Positions 48,764 through 58,740 of a DNA stretch of 64,000 bases are shown piece by piece. Under the pieces are notes generated by a model that was given only the letters and a program-made list of their open reading frames with translations, was not told the DNA's origin and made no database searches. The position numbers were made by a program, and so were the translations under genes. The first letter of the stretch is position 1. Every line of letters begins with the position of its first letter. The stretch is from Microcoleus sp. GA_180221_E-2-1-MAG-45_12 (GTDB lineage: Bacteria > Cyanobacteriota > Cyanobacteriia > Cyanobacteriales > JAAUUE01): contig JAIMKT010000011.1 in the NCBI GenBank assembly GCA_020692245.1, forward strand, positions 3,136 through 67,135, in the 5' to 3' direction.

Positions 48764-51085
48764 TTAAATTGTTCTTGTGAGTTGGTTTAGTGAATTAAGG
48801 GAAATATCGCAGGGAATCTGGATCACAAACTCTGTTCCTACTCCCGGTTGAGAATGACATTCAATCTGCCCGTGATGCTTTTCGACAATAATTTGTCTAC
48901 TAATAGATAACCCAATTCCTGTACCTTTACCTATAGACTTGGTAGTAAAAAATGGCTCAAATAATTGTTGTTTTGCCTCTAGGGGAATCCCAACTCCATT
49001 ATCTACGATCCGAATAGTGACAAATCCTGCTTCTAGGGCAGTGGAGATAATAATCTGCCGGGTTTCTGAAAAATTTTGGAGTTTTCTTGATCTAAACTGA
49101 GGATCATTAACTAAATTGTTTAAAGAGCCAAAAGTATTAGGTTGGGGAGTTAGTTGTTGAGCTAGTTGCTTATTGGAGCGTTCATCTAGGGCATCGATCG
49201 CATTACTCAAAAGATTCATAAATACCTGATTAATCTGCCCAGAAAGACAATTAACTAAAGGTAGCTTGCCATAGTTTTTAATAACTTCAATTTTACCTAG
49301 ACTATTATTATTTCCTTGAAGGCGATGATTCAAAAGCATAATTGTTGTGTCCAAACTAGCATGTAGGTCTGTGGGTTGCATTTCCCCTCGATCGAGATAG
49401 GAAAAATTCCGTAAAGCCGAGATAATTCCCAGAATGCGATCGACCCCCAACCGCATAGAATCTACCACATCTTGTAAATCTTTAACCACAAAATCTGTCT
49501 CTGTATTTTCTAGAAACTCGTTAATTTCTGGGGTAGGTCGAGGATAGGCAGACTGGTATAGCTGCACAAGGGTAACTAAATCTCCCACGTATTGTTGAGC
49601 GTAGGATAGATTTCCATGGATAAAGTTAATGGGATTGTTAATTTCATGACCTAATCCCGCCACTAACTGCCCTAGGGTTGCCATTTTTTCGGTATGGACT
49701 AACTGCACTTGGGTTGATTGTAATTCATCTAAGGCGGTGGCTAATTGTTGAGTTTGTTGGCGTAATTGTAATTCTGATCGTTGTAATTTTTCTTCTGTTT
49801 CTTTGCGGCTAGTAATATCAACATGGGAACCAGCCAAACGGTAGGGACGCTGATAAATATCCCGCATTAACTTTGCCCGGCAGAGAGTCCAGCGATAACT
49901 CCCATCTCGATACAAAAGTCGTGATTCTACCTCAAAATCTTGTCTGATTCCTGCTTGATATTCCTGCAAAGCTAACTGAATTCTATTAATATCTTCGGGA
50001 TGAATTCTCTCAAACCAAGTAGTAGATGTAGTTAAGGAATCTCCAAAGTCTAAATCCAACATCTGCTGCCAACTTTCCGAGAAGAAAATCTCCCCAGTTT
50101 CTAGGTTCCAATCCCACAAACCAACTTTAGAGCCTTTGATTGCTAGATCGTAGTGAAAAGAGATTTTGCCAAAGTCTTGGTAGGGCTTAACTCGGAGAGC
50201 TTGGAAGCATTCATGGACTGGTTGATAGTTGAGGGGAATTGTCCAACCAGCAGAATCGGCAGCGATCGCCGCATAGCTATCCGCAGGAAGTTGCAATAGG
50301 GCGATCGTTACCTGAGCAGCCATCTCTTTAGAAGTGTGGGCAACCACTGCCAGGGGCCATTCTGGATAGAGACGAGTACTGATGACAAAAGGAAACTCCT
50401 CTGGAGATGAAGCTTGTTGGTTAATAATCTTTAAATCTTTTAGGTCTAGCTTTCCCGCCCCAATCATTCTTTCGAGAGTATCCGTACTGACAGTTCCCCC
50501 ATCTACCACCCCCGCTTGGACTACTTCTACCACTAAATCATGACTGCCATAAAAATCCAAACTTAGAAAATCTCGATAGGGATTAATACCTGCTTCCTGA
50601 ATTTCTCGCCAAGCCATGCGCCACCCCCCAAGGGAATTTTCTGCCACTGCGGCAAAGTTTTTGCCCTTGAGGTTTTCTAGATTATTGATATCGGTTCGAT
50701 CGCTCCTCGTAAAGATCACGCCACCAAACAGAGTCCGAGTTCCCCCCGATCGACGAACTTTGAGGGTTGCCAAACGGTTGATCCCGTAGAGAGCTTCAAG
50801 CTCTACATACATCCCAGAATTTGTAATCAAAAAATCTACTTCCCCCGCCGCCACCGCCTCAGAGACTTGAGCAAAATTAAGAGGAATAATTACAAAATCA
50901 TAGGCGGGAATTTTTTCTTTGAGATAAATTGCTGTAGGCTGCCATCTTTGTAGGGTTTGTTGTTTCCCTTGGTTGGCAAGAACCCCGATTTTAATCAATT
51001 GATTTAGAGCTTCTCCCTGTAATTCTCCATGAGATTTTTCTTCTAGGAATTGAGAGATGTTATGGGATAACCTAATGCTTTCCAT
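48764..51085 (-). CDS. sensor histidine kinase with PhnD-like substrate-binding domain and PAS domain
   Basis: The H-box is HEINNPINF, with ATPase boxes DNGVGI and GTGIGLSI. The N-terminal half resembles a phosphonate-type periplasmic binding fold. The start is uncertain because the ATG at 51085 overlaps the upstream gene by 43 nt. Confidence 0.8.
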   Translation of the reverse strand: MESIRLSHNISQFLEEKSHGELQGEALNQLIKIGVLANQGKQQTLQRWQPTAIYLKEKIPAYDFVIIPLNFAQVSEAVAAGEVDFLITNSGMYVELEALYGINRLATLKVRRSGGTRTLFGGVIFTRSDRTDINNLENLKGKNFAAVAENSLGGWRMAWREIQEAGINPYRDFLSLDFYGSHDLVVEVVQAGVVDGGTVSTDTLERMIGAGKLDLKDLKIINQQASSPEEFPFVISTRLYPEWPLAVVAHTSKEMAAQVTIALLQLPADSYAAIAADSAGWTIPLNYQPVHECFQALRVKPYQDFGKISFHYDLAIKGSKVGLWDWNLETGEIFFSESWQQMLDLDFGDSLTTSTTWFERIHPEDINRIQLALQEYQAGIRQDFEVESRLLYRDGSYRWTLCRAKLMRDIYQRPYRLAGSHVDITSRKETEEKLQRSELQLRQQTQQLATALDELQSTQVQLVHTEKMATLGQLVAGLGHEINNPINFIHGNLSYAQQYVGDLVTLVQLYQSAYPRPTPEINEFLENTETDFVVKDLQDVVDSMRLGVDRILGIISALRNFSYLDRGEMQPTDLHASLDTTIMLLNHRLQGNNNSLGKIEVIKNYGKLPLVNCLSGQINQVFMNLLSNAIDALDERSNKQLAQQLTPQPNTFGSLNNLVNDPQFRSRKLQNFSETRQIIISTALEAGFVTIRIVDNGVGIPLEAKQQLFEPFFTTKSIGKGTGIGLSISRQIIVEKHHGQIECHSQPGVGTEFVIQIPCDISLNSLNQLTRTI

Positions 51086-51417
51086 GCCTGAATACCTCCT
51101 TCTAAATGATTTACCTCAGACCAACCAGCTTGAATTAATTTTTCTCCAGCTTGGTGCGATCGATTGCCACTGCGACAGTAGAAAATACACCGCCCTTGAT
51201 CTTGATAAGGAAAAACCTGTTGAACTGTGAGACGATCAAGAGGCAAAAGTATGGCTCCGGGGATATGTTCTTCAGCAAACTCGGCTTCACTACGGACATC
51301 AATCAGGGTGATATTTACTTGCTTATTTAATACCTGATTTGATCCTTGATCTTCTAGTTGTAATAGCTGGTAAAGATCAGGAGATTTAATTAAATTAATA
51401 GAGGTATGTTGACTCAT
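51043..51417 (-). CDS. rhodanese-domain sulfurtransferase
   Basis: It has the active-site loop CRSGNRS and a single rhodanese domain of 124 aa. Confidence 0.8.
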   Translation of the reverse strand: MSQHTSINLIKSPDLYQLLQLEDQGSNQVLNKQVNITLIDVRSEAEFAEEHIPGAILLPLDRLTVQQVFPYQDQGRCIFYCRSGNRSHQAGEKLIQAGWSEVNHLEGGIQAWKALGYPITSLNS

Positions 51418-51547
51418 ATAATTTCTTTCTATAATTCTTTAGACTACTAACATTTAGTCTGTAACCCTTAACTTATAATTTGACTTGTAATACTTAACCT
51501 AATTAAAATTAAATAGTTAAAAATTAAACAGTAATGAAATCAATATA

Positions 51548-52831
51548 TTAACTAGGAAGTAGATTATTTTTGATATAAATAGGGCGCAAAACAACTTGTA
51601 AACTTGGGAGATTGATCGCCGAAAAAATAGCAATAATTACACAACTAATTCCACTAATCATTAGGGTATAAGTAACCCCTACGCCTTGGGTAAGAAAACC
51701 CATAAATAATTCTCCTAGAGGTAAAATTCCCATCATTGCCATGGTATAAAAACTCATAACTCTTCCTCGTTTGTTCTCATCAGCGATCGTTTGCAGTAGG
51801 GCATTACTAGCACTGGTAACTAAAAGAGATGCGGCGCCGATTACTGCCATTAAACCCAAGGAAATAAACCAGTTGTTAACTAGACAGAAACCAACTAAAG
51901 CTCCACCCAAAATAGCTGGGGAAAAAGTTAGAATTTCTTCAAAACCAACCACACTAGGTCTAGCACTGAGGTAAAGGGCAGCCAACAAAGCTCCGATCCC
52001 CGTTGCTCCCATTAAATAACCGAGGGTAGTGGCATCTCCTTTGACAATTTCCGTTGTCCAGATGGGGAGGAGCGATCGATAGGACATCCCCAAAAAACTC
52101 ATGGCTGCAACCTGTAATAGGATCAGGCGCATGGGCAGAAAATCAAAAACATAGCGATAACCTTCTTGGAGATTTTCGAGGAGCGAAATTTTGGCAGCAG
52201 GGGAAGCCGAGAAACTTTCTTGAGATGCTGAATTAATTTTCATAAATGACAACGCCAAGATCACGGCTATATAGCTCAATCCATCCAAGAGAAAACAATA
52301 ACCCCCATTGATATTGGCAATCAAAAAGCCCGCAATACCTGGCCCCAAAATTCGACACATGGTGGCGAGGGAAGAATGGAGAGCAGTAGCATTACTAATA
52401 TCTTCTTTTTGAGTCACAATATCTCCCAAAAAAGTTTGGCGGGCTGGCAGAGCCACACTATTCACAAGACCCTGCATTATACTCAGAGTTAGTAATAACC
52501 AACTGGTCATGAAACCTTCTAGAGTAAGGATTCCTAGACTCAGAAAAATCAAAATACTCAGAGTATGGGCAAGGATCAAAACCTGACGACGTTGATAACG
52601 CTCAATGATCACCCCAGCAAAGGGAGTAACTACTAAATTAGGGATTTGACTAAGAAAGCCAATTATTCCTAAAAATATCGGGGAGTGGGTTAAATCGTAG
52701 GCTAACCAAAGAATCGTAGTTTTCGTAATCCAGTTGCCGAGGAGGGATAAACTCTGCCCTAAAAAAAATAATGTGTAGTTACGGGAAGTAAAAGAGCGAC
52801 CGATCGCCGTCAGATTTGCAGAAAAATTCAT
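51548..52831 (-). CDS. MFS transporter
   Basis: About 12 hydrophobic segments are present. The N-terminus F.SRNY.LFFLGQ.LSLLGNW is typical of the MFS_3/EntS-like group. Confidence 0.8.
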   Translation of the reverse strand: MNFSANLTAIGRSFTSRNYTLFFLGQSLSLLGNWITKTTILWLAYDLTHSPIFLGIIGFLSQIPNLVVTPFAGVIIERYQRRQVLILAHTLSILIFLSLGILTLEGFMTSWLLLTLSIMQGLVNSVALPARQTFLGDIVTQKEDISNATALHSSLATMCRILGPGIAGFLIANINGGYCFLLDGLSYIAVILALSFMKINSASQESFSASPAAKISLLENLQEGYRYVFDFLPMRLILLQVAAMSFLGMSYRSLLPIWTTEIVKGDATTLGYLMGATGIGALLAALYLSARPSVVGFEEILTFSPAILGGALVGFCLVNNWFISLGLMAVIGAASLLVTSASNALLQTIADENKRGRVMSFYTMAMMGILPLGELFMGFLTQGVGVTYTLMISGISCVIIAIFSAINLPSLQVVLRPIYIKNNLLPS

Positions 52832-53081
52832 AGTGTTAACATTTGTATATGTTTCTATGATATATCTGCTGATGTTTTACAGGTTTTTAAAAATAGAAAG
52901 ATACATGGGTACTCCTAGGATTGCAAACTACACTATCTTGATAAGAATACCGTAGTTTTGTAATTAGTGTCTATTGTTGCACAGGTTTCTGAGGAGAGCA
53001 ATAGAGAAAATACATATTTCCTACCGAGTAAATGTAGTAGGGGAGTCAAAACCAAGAAAAATATCTTCCTGACCCAAAAAA

Positions 53082-53813
53082 TCAATCCCCTTGGGGACAT
53101 GCTTCCCAGAGCTTGGTGGTTTGCCGGAGACTTCGATAATCACCATTGCCGAGAATTAAATGATCCAAAATGGGAATGGCAAGTACTTGGGCAGCACTGA
53201 GGAACTGCTTGGTCAAGCTTATGTCTTCTGGACTGGGTTCGAGAAGCCCCGTGGGGTGATTGTGGGCGATGACTAGCTTTGTGGCTCCCTGCTTGATCAC
53301 TTCTCGAAATATTTCCCGTGGATGCGCCAGAGTTTCGGTCGCTGTGCCGATCGTAATCACCTTAGTTGCCAAAATCCGATTTTTCACATCCATTAATAAA
53401 ACTGCAAACCGTTCCTGAGCTTGCCACATGAGGTCTTGGCTGAGGGCTGCTGCTGCCGTGGCGGGACTATCTACCACCGTTCGATCGCCGGGACGAGTCT
53501 GAAACACTCTCTTTCCTAGTTCGATCGCTGCCATAATTGTCGTAGCCTTGGCTGGCCCAATGCCCGGTATGGTCATCAACTCCTGAGGATGGATATCTCG
53601 TAATACCTCTAGGGCATCTCGTTGATTTTCTCCTAATTGTTGCAGGATATACTGAGCTAAACCCACCGCCGACAATTTCCCCGCCCCCTGCCCTGTGCCT
53701 AACAAGATCGCAATTAACTCCGCCGTGGCAAGATTTTTGGGGCCCTGGGAGAGGAGTCTTTCCCTTGGTCGCTCATCGGTAGGAATGTCTACAATTCTCA
53801 AGCTGTAGGTCAT
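53082..53813 (-). CDS. radC: RadC-family JAB-domain protein
   Basis: It has the ERL...G...L...ELLAILL-type N-terminus, an HhH region and the JAMM motif HNHPTG...PS.ED. Confidence 0.9.
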   Translation of the reverse strand: MTYSLRIVDIPTDERPRERLLSQGPKNLATAELIAILLGTGQGAGKLSAVGLAQYILQQLGENQRDALEVLRDIHPQELMTIPGIGPAKATTIMAAIELGKRVFQTRPGDRTVVDSPATAAAALSQDLMWQAQERFAVLLMDVKNRILATKVITIGTATETLAHPREIFREVIKQGATKLVIAHNHPTGLLEPSPEDISLTKQFLSAAQVLAIPILDHLILGNGDYRSLRQTTKLWEACPQGD

Positions 53814-54040
53814 AGATAGATAATCTTAAGTTATATTTTTTAATCATTATCTATCTTGAATCAACATTTGCAGCAATATTCTATGTCTAGATTTTTAATT
53901 CAGCGCACTGCCATCAACACTCGATCGTCCCGATGTTGCCAAATTCCACTTCCCGGAAACTTGCATTTTCTATAGATGACATTCTTGGAGTAAGGTATTT
54001 AATTCAGGGATTTGGGAGAGTTCTTGGGCGGCTAACTGCC

Positions 54041-54079
54041 CTCTCGGAGCAGGAAGAAATTCTGGCATTGCTGGATTAA
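54041..54079 (+). repeat. direct repeat flanking vapBC, left copy
   Basis: CTCTCGGAGCAGGAAGAAATTCTGGCATTGCTGGATTAA is compared with the right copy at 54971-55009. They share an 18-nt identical core, GGAGCAGGAAGAAATTCT. Confidence 0.6.
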
Positions 54080-54250
54080 GACATCATAAAAATCAGGTTC
54101 AGGGAGCAGTGATACAATCAATAATATGCGGTTCGAGTGCATGAAGGCATTATTATTTGTACAAACAATCAGAATTGGGAGGCAATGGCTAACCAAACTC
54201 ACGGAGCAATCGTACTATAATTGTATCTCCTGACTCAAAAAGCAAGAAAT

Positions 54251-54451
54251 ATGGAAACTCCTATTCAAATAGATCAAAACCTACTTCAAGAAGCATTAAA
54301 CTTAAGTAACTATACCACAGCCACTGCGCTGATTGAAGCTACTTTGCATGAATATATCCAGCATCGTAAACAACTAAAAATATTAGAATTATTTGGAACT
54401 ATTAACTATGAAGAAGATTATAATTACAAGCAACAGCGACAGGTAGTATGA
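54251..54451 (+). CDS. vapB: type II antitoxin, VapB-like
   Basis: This small ORF (METPIQIDQNLLQEAL...) overlaps the PIN gene through ATGA. I prefer ATG 54251 to the TTG at 54221 used by the track. Confidence 0.7.
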   Translation: METPIQIDQNLLQEALNLSNYTTATALIEATLHEYIQHRKQLKILELFGTINYEEDYNYKQQRQVV

Positions 54452-54846
54452 ATGTTATTGTTGATACTTCTGTTTGGTCATTAGCATTACGTCGCAACAC
54501 TATAGCTGAGGAAATCGATACTATTAGTGTATTACGTAGTTTGATTGTAGATAGACGGACTATTATGTTGGGGATAATTCGTCAGGAACTACTTTCTGGC
54601 ATTCGCTATACAGAACAGTTTATGCAATTAAGAAACTATCTTCGTGCTTTTTCTGATCTAGAGCTAACATCTGAAGACTATGAATTAGCCGCAGAATTTT
54701 TTAATATATGCCGTAAAAATGGTATTCAAGGCTCCAACACTGATTTTCTAATATGTGCAGTTGCTCATCGCCGGAACTATAGTATTCTCACTACTGACAA
54801 AGATTTTGAAAACTTTCAATCGCATATCCCGGTTGTTCTGTTATGA
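54448..54846 (+). CDS. vapC: PIN-domain toxin VapC
   Basis: IVDTSVW at the N-terminus carries the first acidic residue. TTDKDF near the C-terminus is typical of the PIN fold, and the protein is 132 aa. Confidence 0.85.
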   Translation: MNVIVDTSVWSLALRRNTIAEEIDTISVLRSLIVDRRTIMLGIIRQELLSGIRYTEQFMQLRNYLRAFSDLELTSEDYELAAEFFNICRKNGIQGSNTDFLICAVAHRRNYSILTTDKDFENFQSHIPVVLL

Positions 54847-54970
54847 GTTAATATTAATAAATAGCATGGAAAGGAGATCGTACTCTTTAGTAGTTTTTAA
54901 TAAATGCGATCGCAATGTGTCTCTATAGGAAAATCGCTATTTGTTTTATGTGGACGATCGTCTAGTTGTC

Positions 54971-55009
54971 CTCTGGGAGCAGGAAGAAATTCTAGAATTA
55001 CTAGGTTAA
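54971..55009 (+). repeat. direct repeat flanking vapBC, right copy
   Basis: The sequence is CTCTGGGAGCAGGAAGAAATTCTAGAATTACTAGGTTAA. A second duplicated piece, AATTGGGAGGCAAT, lies at 54173-54186 and 55058-55071. Confidence 0.6.
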
Positions 55010-55072
55010 TTGCTGCTAGATTGAAAGAAACTCATTGGCACAAGACGGTAAAAAGTTAATTGGGAGGCAATA

Positions 55073-55678
55073 ATGTCAGACTGTGGATGTCACATGGAAG
55101 CGAAGAATGGAGCGGAACGCAAGACCCTACGAATTTTGTTAGTGATCAATGGGGTAATGTTTTTTGTGGGCCTTGTGGCGGGGATTTTGGCGCATTCAAC
55201 AGCTTTAGTTGCCGACTCCTTAGATATGTTTGCGGATGCTTCGGTTTACACAATGTCACTATATGCAGTGGGCAAATCAGCCTATCACAAAAATCGTGCA
55301 GCAACTCTTAGTGGTATTTTTCAGATGACCTTAGCTGCGATGGTGGTCATTGATGTGATTAGACGATTTATTGGGGGAAGTTCACCGGAATCAGAGTGGA
55401 TGATGATAATTGCTCTCTTGTCCCTGATTGCAAATAGTTACAGCTTATACCTTCTCTCAAAACATCGGCAAGGTGAGGTACATATGCGGGCAAGTTGGAT
55501 ATTTACGCAGAATGATGTCATTGCCAGTTTCAGTGTAATTATCGCCGGGTTGCTCGTGACTTTATTTAATTCTCGATTTCCTGATTTGATTGTGGGATTT
55601 GGTATTGCCTGCTTAGTTGTTTGGGGTGGGATCAGGATTATTCAAGATGCAAGACGTGACAGTATGGCTCAACTATAG
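55073..55678 (+). CDS. short cation-diffusion-facilitator-type metal transporter (membrane domain only)
   Basis: Six hydrophobic segments are present, and AHSTALVADSLDMFADA fits the CDF TM2 metal site. The N-terminus MSDCGCHMEA is rich in Cys and His. No C-terminal cytoplasmic domain is present. Confidence 0.7.
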   Translation: MSDCGCHMEAKNGAERKTLRILLVINGVMFFVGLVAGILAHSTALVADSLDMFADASVYTMSLYAVGKSAYHKNRAATLSGIFQMTLAAMVVIDVIRRFIGGSSPESEWMMIIALLSLIANSYSLYLLSKHRQGEVHMRASWIFTQNDVIASFSVIIAGLLVTLFNSRFPDLIVGFGIACLVVWGGIRIIQDARRDSMAQL

Positions 55679-56005
55679 CGAAGCCGAAATTCTCAGTATC
55701 ATCTGGATTTATGGGGACTTCTCTGGAGACTTGCTGCGATCGCACCACTTCAAAAATTATCAAAGATTCCCAAGAAATTACCAAGGACTACCAATTAGAG
55801 TAAAGGCAGACCAAAAATAGGGATGACTGAGATTTACATTGCCTAACTTGGCTAACTCTGGGGGTAGGTCGATCGCCCCCTGAATAGACCCGTGACTAGT
55901 TAAGTTTGGAGTTAGTTTTGAATTGGTTTTGAGCAGTCTTCGAGGCTAGATGCAATAATGATGGAGTAAATACGATCAGAACATCAATACCCCGCCCCTT
56001 AATTT

Positions 56006-56929
56006 GTGTTGCAGATAGAAAATCTTTATAAAGCCTACGGTACTCGATCAGTCTTGGCAGACCTGAATCTACATATTCAACCCGGTGAGGTCTACGGCTT
56101 ACTGGGCGCAAACGGTGCGGGGAAAACCACAACTATCAATATTCTCTGCAACCTTCTTCAGGCAGACCGGGGCGTGATCAAGATTAACAATCAGCCTCTT
56201 TCCCCAGCAACCAAGCCGTTTTTGGGCGTAGCTCCCCAAGACAATCTCCTCTACAAAGCCCTCAGTTGTCGGGAAAATTTAGATTTCTTTGCCAAAATTT
56301 ATGGTCTATCTCCCAAGCAACGGCGGATCCGGGTACAGTACTGCCTTGAGGCGGTGAATCTGCTCGATCGAGCCACTAGCCCTGTGGAAACCCTGAGTGG
56401 GGGAATGCAGCGCCGCCTAAATATTGCCATTGCCCTTGTCCATCAGCCCAAATTACTGATCCTCGATGAACCAACCACTGGTTTAGACTTGGAAGCCCGC
56501 TACGAAATCTGGGACTTGGTACGGCAACTCCAACAACAGGACATGACTATTTTATTGACCACCCACTTTTTGGATGAAGCCGAGCGCCTCTGCAAAAGAA
56601 TTGGCATTCTCCGGGAAGGAACGATTATTGCGGAAGGTACCCTAGGGGAATTAAGGCGGTTGATCCCGGCCGTGGAAATTGTGGTGATCCAGACCTCCCA
56701 AGAAGAGGAGGCGATCGCCCGTGGTCAGAAATATAACTTTGCCTATCGCCGCTACGGTAATGATCTGGCTTTTTGGCTGCCGGAAGTTCTCGAACTCAAA
56801 GAAATTATCGATCGCTTCACCGGGATTCCCATCGATGGCATTTCCTGTCACCCCGTGGGTCTGGAGCATATTTACTTAGAAGTTACCCAAGGCAAATACA
56901 GTACCCAAAACTATGGCAGTCCTAAATAA
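56006..56929 (+). CDS. ABC-2-type exporter ATP-binding protein
   Basis: It starts at GTG. Walker A is GANGAGKTT, the signature is LSGGMQRRLNIA and Walker B is LLILDEPTTGLD. Confidence 0.9.
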   Translation: MLQIENLYKAYGTRSVLADLNLHIQPGEVYGLLGANGAGKTTTINILCNLLQADRGVIKINNQPLSPATKPFLGVAPQDNLLYKALSCRENLDFFAKIYGLSPKQRRIRVQYCLEAVNLLDRATSPVETLSGGMQRRLNIAIALVHQPKLLILDEPTTGLDLEARYEIWDLVRQLQQQDMTILLTTHFLDEAERLCKRIGILREGTIIAEGTLGELRRLIPAVEIVVIQTSQEEEAIARGQKYNFAYRRYGNDLAFWLPEVLELKEIIDRFTGIPIDGISCHPVGLEHIYLEVTQGKYSTQNYGSPK

Positions 56930-57055
56930 TTTCTACCCACCTCCGGCAAGTAAGCTCCCCTGCCAGAAGCCAACCTAACTTAGCAACCGATTGAGGATAG
57001 CTAGATTCCTTGCCAAACACCCATACAATTATCTAAGTGTCTGAGGATTAAATAA

Positions 57056-57829
57056 GTGAAATACTGGAACGAAACTACAGCCATTGCCCAACGGATTTTG
57101 ACAGAATTGTGTCGTCGGAGTCGGAGTTTAGTTTTTTGGCTAGTATTTCCTATTTCTGTGTTATTGATTAATGGCTTTATCCTTGCCGAAACTCCCGGAT
57201 TTACCGTAGCTCAGGCTTTTGAGACCGCCGCCCCTTCTAGCTTAGTGGGAGCCGCCCTATTTTTTAGTTGCCTTGGGGGAAGTATTGCCACGGTAGTCGC
57301 CGAACGGGAACAACAGACCCTAAAAAGATTATTCATCTCGCCCTTGAGTGGACTTTCATATTTTCTAGGAATTTTCCTTGCCCATAGCTGCATTGGTGGT
57401 TTACAAGCTCTGGTAGTGGGGGCGATCGCCGCTCTCTGGGGAGCAAAATTTAATGGCAATCTTCTTCTAGGTTTGCTGATTATTATTCTGAGCATTATCA
57501 CCTACGTCGGCGTGGGCTTTATCCTTGGTACTCAGTTAGCCAAACGCACAGAAGATGTAAATGCCTTGGTGGGAGCCTTTGGTGTACCGTTACTAATTCT
57601 CGGTGGAGCTTTCCTGCCAACATCACTGTTTCCCCCAAAGCTCTTAGAATTGGCAAAATTCAACCCTATCTATCACATGAATGAAGCTCTAACCCAAGTA
57701 TGGGCGGGGGGGCAACCTTGGGGAGAAATTAGAGAACATTTACAGTTTTTACTAATTTTCTCCACCCTGATGGTTGTGGCTGGCTGGATATCCTATCGTC
57801 GGATGCTAGTCGTGGAAAAAAGACTCTAG
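57056..57829 (+). CDS. ABC-2-type exporter permease
   Basis: Six hydrophobic segments are present and it follows the ATPase gene. It starts at GTG. Confidence 0.75.
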   Translation: MKYWNETTAIAQRILTELCRRSRSLVFWLVFPISVLLINGFILAETPGFTVAQAFETAAPSSLVGAALFFSCLGGSIATVVAEREQQTLKRLFISPLSGLSYFLGIFLAHSCIGGLQALVVGAIAALWGAKFNGNLLLGLLIIILSIITYVGVGFILGTQLAKRTEDVNALVGAFGVPLLILGGAFLPTSLFPPKLLELAKFNPIYHMNEALTQVWAGGQPWGEIREHLQFLLIFSTLMVVAGWISYRRMLVVEKRL

Positions 57830-57883
57830 ACCAGATTTTAGGTGGTTACAAGCTCTAGGAAACAGACTTGGTGAAGAGCCTTT

Positions 57884-57902
57884 CTACTACAAGAATACGT
57901 GG
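57884..57902 (+). repeat. small dispersed repeat, partial copy 3
   Basis: CTACTACAAGAATACGTGG matches the ACTACAAGAATAC part of 18733-18822. Confidence 0.35.
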
Positions 57903-58098
57903 CTGAAATGGAAACCTAGCCTTAGAGTCTGGGGCAAACTTTGCCAGTATCGATCGCTTGTTCGTTCAATATCTCAAATTTGAAAACTATCTCTTAAAGC
58001 CATAAATCACTAATTGTTTATTATCACCAAGCTTTGGCTTTAGGATGTTGGTTATGAAGCGTAAAGAAGATTTTTATAAGACATTTAGTGTAAGGGTA

Positions 58099-58139
58099 CA
58101 AAAAAGGAGATAACAGCTTAAATCTTTGCCTACATCTCC
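58099..58139 (-). terminator. possible terminator after mscL
   Basis: On the minus strand, GGAGAT...ATCTCC forms a stem with a large 22-nt loop. It is followed by TTTTTTG. Confidence 0.35.
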
Positions 58140-58163
58140 TAAAAATTAAGTATTAAGTAAGTT

Positions 58164-58598
58164 TTAAATACCACGCGATTCTAATGCTTTTGCTAGTCGC
58201 TCTAAAACTTCTGTCGTCTTTTGCTGGTTGAGAGTAGCAATATCAATAGGTGCAACTTCTTCTGCTTCTGTCTCTTGCCGACGAACTAATCTTTTTTTTG
58301 CACTTTCTACACTTCGGAGTAATAGAAAAATAACAAGAGCAATAATCACAATACTAATTACAGATGCCAAGAAAAGACCCCATTTTATCCCTCCTGGTGC
58401 CCAACTTTCTAGGTCTTTGGCTCCCGCAGCCGTTAAAGCAGGATTAAGAAGAATGGGAGTAATAATATCTTTGACTAAAGAATCAATAATTTTTCCAAAG
58501 GCTCCACCAATAATGACGGCAACTGCCAGTTCAATGACATTTCCTTGAACTAAGAATTTCCAGAAATCGCTCCAAAATCCGCTACTACCTCTTGCCAT
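58164..58598 (-). CDS. mscL: large-conductance mechanosensitive channel
   Basis: FWKFLVQGNVIELAVAVIIGGAFGKIIDSLVKDIITPIL is the canonical MscL N-terminus and TM1. Confidence 0.9.
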   Translation of the reverse strand: MARGSSGFWSDFWKFLVQGNVIELAVAVIIGGAFGKIIDSLVKDIITPILLNPALTAAGAKDLESWAPGGIKWGLFLASVISIVIIALVIFLLLRSVESAKKRLVRRQETEAEEVAPIDIATLNQQKTTEVLERLAKALESRGI

Positions 58599-58740
58599 AA
58601 TGAACTTTACCTTATATGTCTGCTAATAAAATTTGTTTTCTCATCATATCTTAAACCAAACAAGCTGAATCAAAAGCGATCGAGTTCTATCCGACGTAAA
58701 AAGCTAAGTGGCAAAAATTTGGGTTTCCTAATTACCTCCC

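Noticed and set aside
52967-53200. 77-aa plus-strand ORF
   Set aside because: Its 3' half overlaps the conserved C-terminus of radC on the opposite strand, and no motif supports it.
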